Assembly (NCBI GenBank): GCA_050575255.1
Contig: JBNZDD010013678.1
Coordinates: forward strand, 2,903,461-2,967,460
Direction of reading: 5' to 3'
From: Harriotta raleighana
Taxonomy: Eukaryota
Length of the DNA stretch: 64,000 nt
Positions 35,801 to 44,931 of the stretch are shown here, piece by piece (position 1 is the first letter of the stretch; every line of letters begins with the position of its first letter). A model generated the notes under the pieces. It saw nothing but the letters and a program-made list of their open reading frames with translations. It was not told where the DNA came from and ran no database searches. The position numbers and the translations under genes were made by a program.

Positions 35801-38800
35801 ATAAAGAAGCCCAAGGATTCGCCTTGCCAGGAATCAAATCCATGTTTCTTGTTTGCGAGGCAAGTGCTCTAACCACTGAGCTTCAGGACTCCGATACAGG
35901 TCTCTTACATTCTGATTAAGTGTGTCAGTCAAAAAGCTAACCTACTGTTATAATATAATAATCCTTACATTTATAATCCCTACATTTACATTTTCACATC
36001 TCATTGACGTCTCAAAGAGCTTCACAGAATACAACAACGTCCCAAAGTAAGGACCAGAGCGGGGGGGAGGGGGGGTGAGGGGGAGGGTTAACAAAAGAGG
36101 GACGAAAGGGGGGAAAAGAAGTAAGGACCAGAGCAGGGGGAGGGGTCGTGGTAGTGGGAAGGAGAGTAGGGAAACTGACTGTATATTTGTGGGTGACATG
36201 CGGCAGCCAAATTGCGCACAGCAGTGTCCCACAAACAGTAGTGGAAGTGGGGCTAGGGATGAAAGGGGGGAAAGAGGGTAAGGGAAGGGGTTGGAGTAGG
36301 GGGAAGAGAGCAGGAAAACCGACTGTATATTTGTGGGTGAAACGCGGCAGCCAAATTGCGCACAGTAATCACAGTAATCATAAATTGAACAGTAATCATA
36401 AATTGATTACTGTTCAATCTCCTGTGTAGACTTCTAATATTTTCCATTTTCATTAGATTTTCATTATTCTCTTTTAAGATTATTGAAATAATTATTCTCG
36501 TTTAATAGTTACATTTACAATAGTGAGTTAGGATAAATCCCAGCTCCTTGTGACCACTGGTGGTATGCAAATTTGCTGCCATGTTTGCTATGACAGTCAC
36601 TGGATTGATCAATTACTTGTGGAAAAAGTGTTTCAATCTTGCAGGCACTATACCATACCACAATTATTAAATTATAAACCAATACTTCCAAAATTATGGA
36701 GTTGTGGACATGCTTCTAAAGCAATTGTACTGCACCCCATAAGCATTCACAAGATATGCAAAGCTTTACTGGTTTGTATCCAGCGGCTAGTAGTAATGTA
36801 CCACAATCACGTTCACAACTCCAGATCTAGCAGGACCAATCTGGAGTTGAATCAGCTGTTGATAATGGAGCACGTGCTGAATGATGATGAACTGCCATTC
36901 CAGAGGTGAACAATTGCTCCCAAACATTTTTATCAGAACAATACCTTCTTAAAAAGAACTCAACAAAGAAAATTGAAGCTCTGAAATTTGATGCTGCTTG
37001 CTCTTTCAAACTGCATTTCTGGACACATATGCAAAATAAAACAGTTTAGTGGACTACCAGAATTGAATTTCAGATTCTAGGTCTTGCACTTGGAAGTCAC
37101 TGAACAATGTTACTATACCTAATATTCTTAAAAGGAGCTCCAAAAGAAATGACATGAAATGTCAAAACTATTGAAGTGGCAAGGATTATTATTTGTTCTA
37201 CCTTGAATATTTATTACTTTTAAAATGGACACAAAAAGATCCATAGAAAAGTTTCAACTTTACAACCATTGGTCCTTTGTGCTAAACACTGGAAACCAAT
37301 TGAATTGTGGTCCAAGTTGCTGGACTCAATTTCATAAAATGGAAAATCCAGTCAAAGTGTATTTACAATGTTGACAATATAATAATAATAATTGCATCTG
37401 ATATAGCACTTTTCCCATCTTCTAGACATCTCAACACGCTTCACAGAATATATTGTAAAGAGAATTAACTTATATTTGTGGGCAAAATGAATGTACAGTA
37501 CTGTCAAACGCACATTATGGTGCATAGTGAACAAAATCACAAAAAAATCATACAACAGCCCATTTTAGCAAAACTATTTTCAAAACTAAACAAAATAAGC
37601 ATGAGCACTGAGCTAAAGTAAAATAAAAACTAAATTATACAGCAATTAATAATCCCTCATTAAAATATAATTGGTAATCTCACAAACTGTTTGTGAGTCA
37701 CTGCTGTGCGCAATTGGCTGCTGCGTTTGCCCACAAATATAGTCAATTCACTTTACAGTATATTCTGTGAAGTTCTTTGAGATGTTTAGAAGACGTGAAA
37801 ATTTCTATATCAAATGCCAGGATTATTATTATAATTATTATTGATAATTAACTGCCTACATTTAATGGACAAACATTTAAGAACAATTTCTATTTTATAT
37901 GTTATAAATTCACTGTATAGTCTGCCATTATAACTTTCAGAGAATGTCTAACTAAAGAATCCGCCTTACAAACTTATGAAAAGTACATACTGTCTCAGGC
38001 CTAACCACGCAACTTCTAATACTGCAGGCATTGTTCAATCCAACACAATACAGCTCTTCTCATTCAATTCAGAATCATAATGAAAGACTAACATCACTGA
38101 TGTTTCGATTTTAAGCTGCGTTCTTCAGTCTGAAAGAAGAATCAATAATAAGCCAACACTTATCCAGTATGAAAGAACTTTCTTATATACAGGACTTTTG
38201 AAAGCATTTTATTTAAAAATCCAAACTTTAAAAAAGTTTACTTTTTTGGCCAAAAATTATCTTCACAGTGTACGGGCTCATTGGCTGTTGCGATAACTTA
38301 AGCTTTGACTGTGAATTTGTTAGGTGATCACAACAACCAATTGACCAACACACTTGCCTTGAAGTGATTGACCAACTTTACTTGGGAGATTGTTGGTCAG
38401 CACACCACAAGAAACTTCTGCCTCTTTTTGAATAATATCATGGGATTTTTAATGTCCACTTGAACTGACCTTGGTTTAATTGTGCATCCAAAGGTGGTAC
38501 GTCCAATAATGCAGTACCTATACATACATTAGGGAATCTAGACCATGAGCAAAAAATTCTGATGTGAAGCTTGAACCCACAAGCTTCTCACTCATGTAGG
38601 CAAGAGTGCTAGCAACTGCATCAGACTGACACATTCAGAGGATTCCGTGCAGTACAGCATTCCCCTTTGTACAATACTTTCCTTCTGATGTGAATGACGC
38701 ATACCAAAGTAATTTGTTGTTGCTGTGGAATAAACCTAAACTGAATATACAGGTAGTATGGAAAATGGAAATGGAAGTACCCATATAGTTGACCTGGTTA

Positions 38801-40891
38801 CAAAATCAAACCTCAAGTACTTTTATCCATACCTCAAAGGATTTCAGTTTAAACTATGATTAAGCTTCCTATTGATTTTAACAGCAAAAATGCCTAAATC
38901 TGAAATGTACGAACTCATGCCCAGCATTCTTTTAACTGAAGCTCATTTTACCGCATTGTAGCGTGATTACAATTGTCATGGAAATGAATAGAACCAGGAT
39001 TTATCTGTTGGTCAGCAAGCTAAGTACATATTAACTTTATGAAGGCTACTCTATTAACACTGTTTCTGGGAATGAGTTAAGAATGATATTTTCTTCCAAT
39101 GTATCTTAATATTACACATTTTCAAGTTTCCCTCTATTACTCTGTTGGTATCTTCACCAAATTTACGTTTTCAAAACACCACCTTCACTTATCTTGTAAT
39201 TTCTGTTAACATGTCTTTCTGACCATGTATATTAATTTCATGGTTTTAAAACAAATGCTGGAACACCAAAAAAAATGTACCTTGATTGGAGCTGTAGAGA
39301 ATTTTACCCGTCTGTGTGGCTCTGGCTCTTCTTCCTCAGAAAGCCCCAATATTTCCTCATAGTCATTATCAAGCGTATAATCTACTTCCTCAGTTGAGTA
39401 TTCATCATCACATTTGTGGCAATTTTCTTCTTGCACAAGCACTTCAACATCTTTATCATCCACAAATGCAGCATTTTCTATTCCACAAACTTTTGAATCC
39501 AAGAACATATTTTCATTGATGTTATACTCTTCTTCAGTGTTCTCACTATCATCCTCTTCTTCCTCCTCCTCTTCCACGCTGTCATCTGATTTGTTTGTGG
39601 TCTCATCAAGCTTTTGATTAGCAGCACCTTCTTTATTGTTCAAAGTTTCATATTCCTTTCCTTCCTCAGACTTGACAACATTAGGAGCAGGAATTTGTTT
39701 CATGGATTTTGGCTTATCCCTCTCAGCAAAAACATTATTATCCAATTCAGCTTCACTCTCTGAAGATTCATTCTGAACTACCACTAATTCTGCTCGAACT
39801 ACTCCTACTTTACCTGGACCCACATTTGAAACATGGCTTCCAGATTCAACACAGTGGGCCCCATTGCTTTCTGGAATGTTTTTGTTGGAGGAAGCTTCAT
39901 CAGAGAAATTGTTGGCATCTTCACCAAATGTATCCGTTTCCGAAACACTCATCTTGTAATTGCTGTTGCACATTTGCATATCAGACTCCTTCTGATCTTC
40001 GCTTTGTTTTGTAGAAATATTTGCTGAGATTGAATGTGTCAATTTTATACCACAATCTCCTGCAGGGGACGTGTTTTCACTTGTGTTAGATGTTTTTTGG
40101 TCGCCACCAGGAATGTGCATTTCGGTCCCAGGTTTTGATTCATCGTTGTCGCTGTCCGCCAGAAAACTTTCTAACCGTCTAGAAATTGGGCCGGCATTTA
40201 GAGACGATCGAGGTATGTTTTGTCCAGAATCATCAGTGGTTTTCTGAATACTGTGACCTTGCAAATCACTATAAGATACAGCAGTTGGGCTCAAGTCAAT
40301 CTTCATTTTCCTTCCTCTACTCTCTGAAGATGTTGAGCCACTCTTCCTACTATCAGATGAGAGGCTGTTCAATGAAACTCGGCTCTCAGTTTTGATTGGC
40401 GCTTTATCAAACAGGTTCTCCTCCTTAGTATTATTGCGCTCAAAAAGTTTTCTGGTTTCAGAAAACTTTTCAGCCATGACAGTTTTATCCAAATCCCCAT
40501 CTTCAAAATTAGTTTTATCAGAAGTGCTCGGCACTTTTTGAGGTGACTTATGGTCACTATTCTTACGCACAGTTACACCCGACTGCTTTTGGGGAGGTGA
40601 ATTTATCTCAGGCTTACTGGTTACTTTGACTTCAGTCGCGTCAGTCGGTGTGTTACCCATCTGTAGCAACATACTTTTAATTTTAGTCACACGGTTACCA
40701 AAAGCCCTTCCTCTCGCATCTTCCCTGTGCTCGGAATCTCGGTTCGTTTTCAGGGCACCCATTTTAGAAACGTTTTCCTGTTTGCTCCCATCAAAGGTAC
40801 ATCTTAAAGCCTGGAAATCAGTCTTGTAGGCGTTCCTGTGGGGTGAAGCGCTCCTGAATGTCCTCTCTCCTTTACCTTCTGTTTTCATCAT
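11695..40891 (-). CDS. ppp1r9al: Neurabin-family protein phosphatase 1 regulatory subunit (neurabin-1-like, PPP1R9A-like); whole coding span, 18 coding exons, about 1341 aa
   Basis: Manually spliced exons keep one reading frame (4026 nt including stop) across GT-AG introns. N-terminus [23 protein letters not shown] matches the neurabin/spinophilin start; [13 protein letters not shown]1 motif, PDZ ([14 protein letters not shown]), coiled coil and C-terminal SAM domain are present. The family call is secure; the paralog call is from recalled sequences, not a search. Confidence 0.93.
12220..12408 (-). CDS. ppp1r9al: Coding exon C17 (SAM domain): ...[48 protein letters not shown]
   Basis: 189 nt, phase 0 to 0; acceptor AAATAG|, donor AAG|GTACAG; clear neurabin-type SAM signature. 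Confidence 0.96.
13012..13210 (-). CDS. ppp1r9al: Coding exon C16: [41 protein letters not shown]...KDTPKAE
   Basis: 199 nt, phase 2 to 0; acceptor TCGCAG|, donor GAA|GTGAGT; ORF 12946..13227. Confidence 0.87.
13528..13599 (-). CDS. ppp1r9al: Coding exon C15: [25 protein letters not shown]
   Basis: 72 nt, phase 2 to 2; pyrimidine tract then GAAG|, donor AG|GTATTT; open and frame-compatible. Confidence 0.83.
14171..14252 (-). CDS. ppp1r9al: Coding exon C14: [27 protein letters not shown]
   Basis: 82 nt, phase 1 to 2; acceptor TTGCCAG|, donor AG|GTATAA; KRRFADF resembles the KRKFxDL motif of SAMD14 and long neurabin isoforms. Confidence 0.87.
14750..15421. mobile_element. Tigger/pogo-like MITE, copy 1 (right end duplicated across the N at 15333)
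   Basis: TA|CAGTAAAAGCCCGTTTATCCG ... CGGATAAACGGGCTTTTACTG, a 21-bp perfect TIR ending at 15323 and again at 15421. Confidence 0.88.
15770..16140 (+). mobile_element. Degenerate CR1 LINE reverse-transcriptase fragment
   Basis: IIFQKS...VPEE.RV..VT.LFKK and a [15 protein letters not shown]-like segment are decayed CR1 RT motifs. Confidence 0.75.
16573..16933 (-). CDS. ppp1r9al: Coding exon C13: poly-Glu then Ser-rich region ([19 protein letters not shown]...[20 protein letters not shown])
   Basis: 361 nt, phase 0 to 1; frame of ORF 16559..16888; acceptor AATAAG| is only moderate, donor AAG|GTATAC. Confidence 0.82.
17480..17900 (-). mobile_element. Possible old CR1 ORF2 fragment
   Basis: Purine-rich, coding-like minus strand with stops, resembling the CR1 endonuclease-RT linker; weak. 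Confidence 0.35.
18236..18387 (-). CDS. ppp1r9al: Coding exon C12: [50 protein letters not shown]
   Basis: 152 nt, phase 1 to 0; acceptor TTTCAG|, donor CAG|GTAACA; AVPET.RLD motif shared by neurabin-1 and SAMD14. Confidence 0.93.
18596..18862 (-). mobile_element. CR1 LINE 3' end
   Basis: [15 protein letters not shown]...[15 protein letters not shown] is the typical CR1 ORF2 C-terminus. Confidence 0.9.
19031..19081 (-). CDS. ppp1r9al: Candidate symmetric microexon C11: (T)[16 protein letters not shown](D)
   Basis: 51 nt, phase 1 to 1, no stop; pyrimidine tract TTTTTTCCCGTTTTTGAAAAG| and donor ATG|GTAAGT. Confidence 0.7.
19384..19528 (-). CDS. ppp1r9al: Coding exon C10: [48 protein letters not shown]
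   Basis: 145 nt, phase 0 to 1; acceptor CCTATAG|, donor A|GTAAGT; follows a 110-nt intron. Confidence 0.88.
19639..19735 (-). CDS. ppp1r9al: Coding exon C9 (coiled coil): [32 protein letters not shown]
   Basis: 97 nt, phase 2 to 0; acceptor TGTTTAG|, donor AAG|GTTAAA. Confidence 0.92.
20005..20172 (-). mobile_element. Old AmnSINE/SacSINE-like SINE fragment (5' part)
   Basis: tttaaacccatgactttctcacccagaggcaagcgt...cactgaacca is a reverse tRNA-like head, similar to 38330-38630. Confidence 0.5.
20380..20609 (-). CDS. ppp1r9al: Coding exon C8 (coiled coil): [12 protein letters not shown]...[25 protein letters not shown]...[15 protein letters not shown]
   Basis: 230 nt, phase 0 to 2; acceptor CATTAG|, donor AA|GTAAGT; ORF 20376..20600. 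Confidence 0.95.
20650..20775 (+). mobile_element. SINE 3' fragment
   Basis: cccacaaatatacaatcaattcactttacagtatattctgtgaag...aaatgcaaagattattatt. Confidence 0.85.
20828..20881 (-). CDS. ppp1r9al: Coding exon C7 (coiled coil): [18 protein letters not shown]
   Basis: 54 nt; acceptor TTTCTAG|, donor AAG|GTATGT; resembles neurabin LQIKHAVTEAEI. Confidence 0.93.
21409..21558 (-). CDS. ppp1r9al: Coding exon C6: [50 protein letters not shown]
   Basis: 150 nt, phase 0 to 0; acceptor TTTTTTCTTAAG|, donor GAG|GTATAG; EVFDLPE resembles neurabin EVFELPE. Confidence 0.92.
23166..23304 (-). CDS. ppp1r9al: Coding exon C5: [46 protein letters not shown]
   Basis: 139 nt, phase 2 to 0; acceptor AAATAG|, donor CAG|GTAAG. 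Confidence 0.95.
24024..24128 (-). CDS. ppp1r9al: Coding exon C4 (PDZ): [35 protein letters not shown]
   Basis: 105 nt, phase 2 to 2; acceptor TTGCAG|, donor AG|GTAGGT; visible in ORF 24020..24220. Confidence 0.96.
24232..24440 (-). mobile_element. L2 LINE 3' end
   Basis: (caa)n tail, ttcacatcaggaggacgtcccaaggcgct; minus frame [13 protein letters not shown]. Confidence 0.85.
24887..25007 (-). CDS. ppp1r9al: Coding exon C3 (PDZ): [41 protein letters not shown]
   Basis: 121 nt, phase 1 to 2; acceptor TTTAG|, donor CG|GTAAGA. Confidence 0.96.
25718..25850 (-). CDS. ppp1r9al: Coding exon C2: [44 protein letters not shown]
   Basis: 133 nt; acceptor TTTTAG|, donor G|GTGAGC; highly conserved neurabin segment preceding the PDZ domain. 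Confidence 0.96.
28428..29387. mobile_element. Tigger/pogo-like MITE, copy 2 (opposite orientation, with internal CT-rich duplication)
   Basis: TA|CAATAAAACCTCGTTTATCCG ... GATAAACAAGGTTTTACTG|TA; internal blocks are reverse complements of copy 1. Confidence 0.82.
28798..29150. repeat. Two-unit tandem repeat (about 183-bp period), CT-rich
   Basis: tgcatcaacctgcctgccatttctctctct...cactccattatgc starts at 28798 and again at 28981. Confidence 0.85.
29922..30240 (+). mobile_element. Deu-domain SINE, variant subfamily with an extra internal module
   Basis: Degenerate tRNA head, then tgtttacttagcagtaagtagaaacccggttgtta, then Deu core and tail. Confidence 0.78.
31315..31455 (-). mobile_element. 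SINE 3' fragment
   Basis: aataataatctttgcattt...aaagcgctt...gactgtatattttgtgtggg...tgtcccac. Confidence 0.75.
32448..32952. mobile_element. Tigger/pogo-like MITE, copy 3
   Basis: TA|CAGTAAAAACCCGATTATCC ... CCGGATAAACCAGCTTTTACTG|TA; TA target duplication on both sides; colinear with copy 1. Confidence 0.9.
33285..33919. mobile_element. Tigger/pogo-like MITE, copy 4 (left end decayed)
   Basis: Shares caaaaaaaaagtccc, gcatttaatgaat, gaagttaagt..aaataataaagtactaatac blocks; ends ataaagagggttttactg. Confidence 0.8.
34641..34895 (-). mobile_element. L2 LINE 3' end
   Basis: (caa)n tail, tttcacgtcaggacgtcgtcccaagg, gggacttgaagga...agttccagagg; reverse of the 6800-7030 family. Confidence 0.85.
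35045..35353 (-). mobile_element. tRNA-derived Deu-domain SINE, full length
   Basis: Reverse complement of the head-Deu-tail consensus. Confidence 0.88.
35642..35892 (-). mobile_element. tRNA-derived Deu-domain SINE with internal deletions
   Basis: Minus-strand head GGAGTCCTGAAGCTCAGTGGTTAGAGCAC; tail at 35642. Confidence 0.82.
35950..36365 (-). mobile_element. Fragmented SINE with duplicated Deu core interleaved with G-rich sequence
   Basis: Tail at 35950-36031; gactgtatatttgtgggtga..gcggcagccaaattgcgcacag at about 36177 and again at about 36321. Confidence 0.75.
37378..37840. mobile_element. Two SINE 3' fragments in opposite orientation (37378-37490 minus; 37685-37840 plus)
   Basis: Both match the shared SINE tail/Deu consensus. 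Confidence 0.8.
38400..38630 (-). mobile_element. Old AmnSINE/SacSINE-like SINE fragment
   Basis: ccttggtttaattgtgcatccaaaggtggtac...gcttgaacccacaagcttctcactca...caagagtgcta resembles the reverse 5' half of ancient Deu-SINEs (from recall). Confidence 0.6.
39281..40891 (-). CDS. ppp1r9al: Coding exon C1 (537 aa): actin-binding N-terminus, acidic linker, PP1-binding RVKF motif (39299-39310)
   Basis: Lies in ORF 39206..40945; ATG at 40891; donor AAG|GTACAT after ...FSTAPIK, phase 0. Exon acceptor TTTTCTTGTGCAG| puts the exon start at 41109 (5'UTR 40892-41109). Confidence 0.95.
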
Positions 40892-41863
40892 ATTGAGACT
40901 CTTGACAAACGATTTAAGGAACGAGCAGGAAGGAATCCTTGGCAAAGCCTGGTGGTCACCCCTGGGACGTTACATCGGCTCCTTCTCATCGCCTTTCAAG
41001 CACAAAACACACAGCGCCAAGGGACTGACTGCTCGCCACTTTGGGACAAGGAAACCGCATCAATGGACAGAGGGACGGACGGTCACCTTGGAGGCTCAAA
41101 ATTCTCCATCTGCACAAGAAAAGACAAAAGGGAGGAAAGCAACAATAACAGTAAGAAGTCGGGAGCTAAACACAAGCTGCACTTTTACACTGAGCACTTG
41201 GGCGTGTTGTGTTACAACTCACTGGACTTGTTGTAAGGTCTGGAGAAAAGTGCTGGCTTCAGGGAATGTGGGGGAAGCCACGACGAAGATGCCTCCCAGC
41301 CACACACACACATATATAAATAGAGAGAGAGAATAAGAGAGTCAAACGAAGCTCATAAGTCGTTAGTTTTATGTAAAAGAGTTTTTTTTTTTCCCCTCAC
41401 GCTGACTAATCTGGACAAAAACGCTCGGGAAAACACTTTTAAGATTACCCGGGCGCGTTTTAAAAATAAAAATTAAAAAAAATAGAAAAACTAAAGAAAC
41501 GTCGATAGATTTGTGCAACTGTAGTTGTGTGTGTGTGTGAGAGAGAGATTGAGCAAAAAATATAAACAGAATTAAACACCGGCCTGAAAGAGAGAGAATA
41601 AGAGAGATTCCCTTCTCTTTCTCTCTCTCCCCCTCTTCCTTCTCTCCCTCCCTTCTCCAACCACCAAACTAAGTGCCTCAAAAAAAAGAGTTCGTCCAAG
41701 ACCGCAAACAAAAAGTCACCTCAACAGCTCAGTGACAAAACAAAATCTCTTCAAACAAACCCTCGTCTCTCTCTTCTCTCTCTCTCTTTTCCTCCCTCCC
41801 CACCTCCCACTCAAACCGCCGCCGCCTCACACAGAAAGAGAGTGAAAAAAAAATCTCTGTTAC

Positions 41864-42110
41864 CTGGGAACTTATGCTATTACTTTCTCGGCCACAGATC
41901 CTTTACCCACTTCCTTCCTTCTTTCCTTCCACACATTCATTCACTCACTCACTCACTCATTCTCTCTCTCTCACACACACACTCAAGTGTCTAACTCTTC
42001 AACACCGGCGCCATTACCCGCCGCCTGCCTGGCCACCAGCGCGCGGAGCAGAGAGGGGAGAGGAACGCGAGGACAGCGGAGCTCGAGCCGCCAACGGTCG
42101 CCGAGCGAGC
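41864..42110 (-). other. ppp1r9al: Probable non-coding exon 1 (5'UTR) of the neurabin-like gene; 5' boundary approximate
   Basis: Donor CCCAG|GTAACA at 41864/41863 downstream of the CpG-rich block; pairs with the strong acceptor at 41110. Confidence 0.6.
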
Positions 42111-42180
42111 TAGGGCAGGGCAGTGCGCATGCGCGTGGGAGCCAGCGGAGCCAACGGGCTGCAGGCTCCACAACCAAAGG
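42000..42180 (-). promoter_or_regulatory. CpG-rich promoter with NRF1 palindrome TGCGCATGCGCG (42124-42135)
   Basis: GC/CpG-dense patch in an AT-rich window, about 1.1 kb upstream of the ATG; exact match to the NRF1 consensus YGCGCAYGCGCR. Confidence 0.7.
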
Positions 42181-42193
42181 AGGGAAACACACT

Positions 42194-42630
42194 CAGCAGC
42201 AGCAGCAGCAACAACAACAACTACTTTAATAATAATAATCCTTACATTTATATATCGCTTTCCACATCTTATCGACTTTNACAACAACTACTACTTTAAT
42301 AATAATAATCCTTACATTTATATATCGCTTTCCACATCTTATCGACTTTTTTTTACACACACACACACGTCTTAACAACAGCCAACAACAACAGCTAAAG
42401 GAGGGAAGCACCCAAAGCAACAACAACAACAGCCAACCAACAGCCGACAACAACAACTAAAGCTTTTCCCAGTGAAGTGATTTTATGCCGTAGAGGGNGT
42501 CTTAACAACAGCCAACCAACAGCCAACAACAACAGCTAAAGGAGGGAAGCACCCAAAGCAACAACAACAACAGCCAACCAACAACAACTAAAGCTTTTCC
42601 CAGTGAAGTGATTTTATGCCGTAGAGGGAA
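42194..42630. repeat. (CAG)n/(CAA)n simple repeats plus gap-flanking duplications
   Basis: CAG/CAA runs; blocks repeated on either side of the N at 42280 and the N at 42498. Confidence 0.8.
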
Positions 42631-44596
42631 TTGACTGTACACCGAGCCCGAGTAGAGTAAGGAAACTTGGGGGGGCTTAACAGCTCCTGTCTTCCCACTC
42701 CACAAAGAAGTTGGTGCAATGTTTTGTCGCGTTGAATTCTCCACTTGACTTTACAATAGTTTCTCGTCGATGTTTGTTGATAATCCAGTTTGGGCGGTAG
42801 TGTGTCATTGGAGACCAGGTGTAGGCACTATTCAAATTAAGCGCTTCCAAATAAACATTCAGATCGGAGCTTCTCCAGAGTATAACACTGTACTGCTTTT
42901 TGTGGAAGGGAGAGGACAGTTTTGATATTCAATGCAATGTAACTTCTGCAAGTAGTTCTGTTCCACTGAGTAAAACCCGCATAAGTCTGATCTGTATAAA
43001 TCATTGTAATTGCCCAATTACTGTTGAATTTAACTATTATTTATCAGTTTCACATTAATTAATGTTTTACATAAATCGTATCAAATGTATGGTCGTAACT
43101 TTTCTAAGTTTTTAGTACAGACCTATTTTTATCAATAGGAAAACTATTCAGTGATGTGTCCATTTTTTTGTGTATGTGTTAATCATTAAAATGTGTTCTT
43201 ACTTCTTCAAAGGTACCTCTGTTTGACTGTCAGGTTAGGACAGAGACTTGTTTTGCTTATCCCTCCAATGAGATTTACATTTTGGCCGGATCTGTTCGAA
43301 TGAATAGTGTGGAATAGAAAACATACATGACTTTAATGAGAGCTAGTAGATATTTTAGCTACTGTAATTAATTGAGAAACGTCAAACAGAATCAGCCTTT
43401 TGTCATTTTTAAAAAATCTACTTTATGCAAACTGCACTGCCTTGTTTATTTTCCTTTTGGCCACTGGATTTCGGTGAAGCACCTCCCTTGTGTGTTGACC
43501 CAATTGTACAGACTTTTTTTTCCCCCCAGTCAATCTTGATACTAAACTGTAAAATCAAGAATAGAAATTACCTAGAATTCACTGCTAAATAGAAGATACA
43601 GCAGTTACAAATAAATAATTTATCGAAGTACAACCAGCCAAAGATTCTGTAAATTCAAATGCCTTTATCACTGAAACAATTCTTGAATACGTGCTAGATG
43701 CGGTATTTGCACGAACATGATTACTGTTTACACTGCCTCTGTACAACTAATTAGATGAAAGACTGTAGAAAAGGATTACAGTAGATGATTGTTCAGCCCA
43801 CAGTTTTTGAAGCCTGGTAATGTCTCGGGAGACACTTGATCAGGCAACCCTGTAAAAGAAATGATTCCGCAGGGGGTACATTCAACTTTTAAAAATAAAA
43901 TAAGTTAGAAAATGGAACATTGGAGGAAAATGACTAAAATGTTAGCATGAAAAGCAAACTATGGGGACTGGAAACCCATGCTTTGAATCTTTTATCAATC
44001 TTTTATTTATAACAACAACTTATATATAGTGTCTTTATATAGAGTCCCTCTCGCAGGGTGGCGTCCCATAGCGCCTGATATATCAATTGTATCAGAAATT
44101 CCCACTTTGTCCATTTTGATTAGCTAAATAACTAAAATGCAGTTCTACATTATGCCATCATTCTTTTCATTAAGAAGAATAGATGATCTTAATTCATCAA
44201 CTAGATGCAGTTTTGTGGACTTTGGGAGAGGTGGGGGGGGCATTTTACATGAATCATCTGGCCCGTTGGATTAATTGGCGTCAATTAGTTGTGTCAGGCT
44301 TCTCAGTGTATTCAAAGAGCATGCTTTGCCTCCATATCAGTTGTCAGGATCATCCCATCATCCTGTGCCTGAGAGCATCGGTTTCTTGGCTTGCTATCAG
44401 GCAATTGTTGATGTCCCTGTGTAACCATCCACAAGGAAGTCAGCAGTGGTAGTAACTGGATAACTTGCTTTACAATTTGATGACATTGGGGATTACAACA
44501 TGTGTGAAGACTACCATTGTTTTGCCCACGAAATAAACAGTCAATTCACTTTATACTATATTCTGTGAAGCACTTTGAGATGTCTCGAAGGCAAGT

Positions 44597-44931
44597 GGAG
44601 CTCCTGTGGCTCAGTGGTTAGAGCACTCGCCTTACATGCCTTACAAGCATGAGACCTGTGTTCGAATCCAGGCAGATCAGGGCGAAACCTTGGGCAAGTT
44701 TCCTTTCTCCACATGCCTAATAATAATCCCTCCAAAAAAAAACACAATAATAAAAAAAAATTGGTCATTTCAATCTATGACTGTTTGTGGGACACTGCTG
44801 TGCGCAATTGGCTGCCGCATTCCGCCCACAAATATACAGTCAATTCACTTTACAGTATATTCTGTGAAGCGCTTTGGGACGTTGATAAGATGTGAAAAGC
44901 GCTATATCAAATGCAAGGATTATTATTATTA
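44597..44931 (+). mobile_element. Full-length tRNA-derived Deu-domain SINE, preceded by another SINE 3' fragment (44520-44590)
   Basis: A box TGGCTCAGTGG, B box GTTCGAATCC, Deu core, (tta)n tail; small internal duplication gccttacat/gccttacaa. Confidence 0.92.

Noticed and set aside
39206-39280. ORF continuation VHFFWCSS... past the RVKF motif
   Set aside because: Read-through into the intron; homology continues in exon 25850-25718.
40892-40945. 18-aa N-terminal extension (MPRIPSCS...) in the ORF track
   Set aside because: It starts at a non-ATG codon; family homology begins at MMKTE (40891).
41987-42229. 80-aa ORF ending in poly-Gln, antisense to the promoter
   Set aside because: GC-rich promoter plus a CAG/CAA microsatellite beside assembly gaps; no coding evidence.
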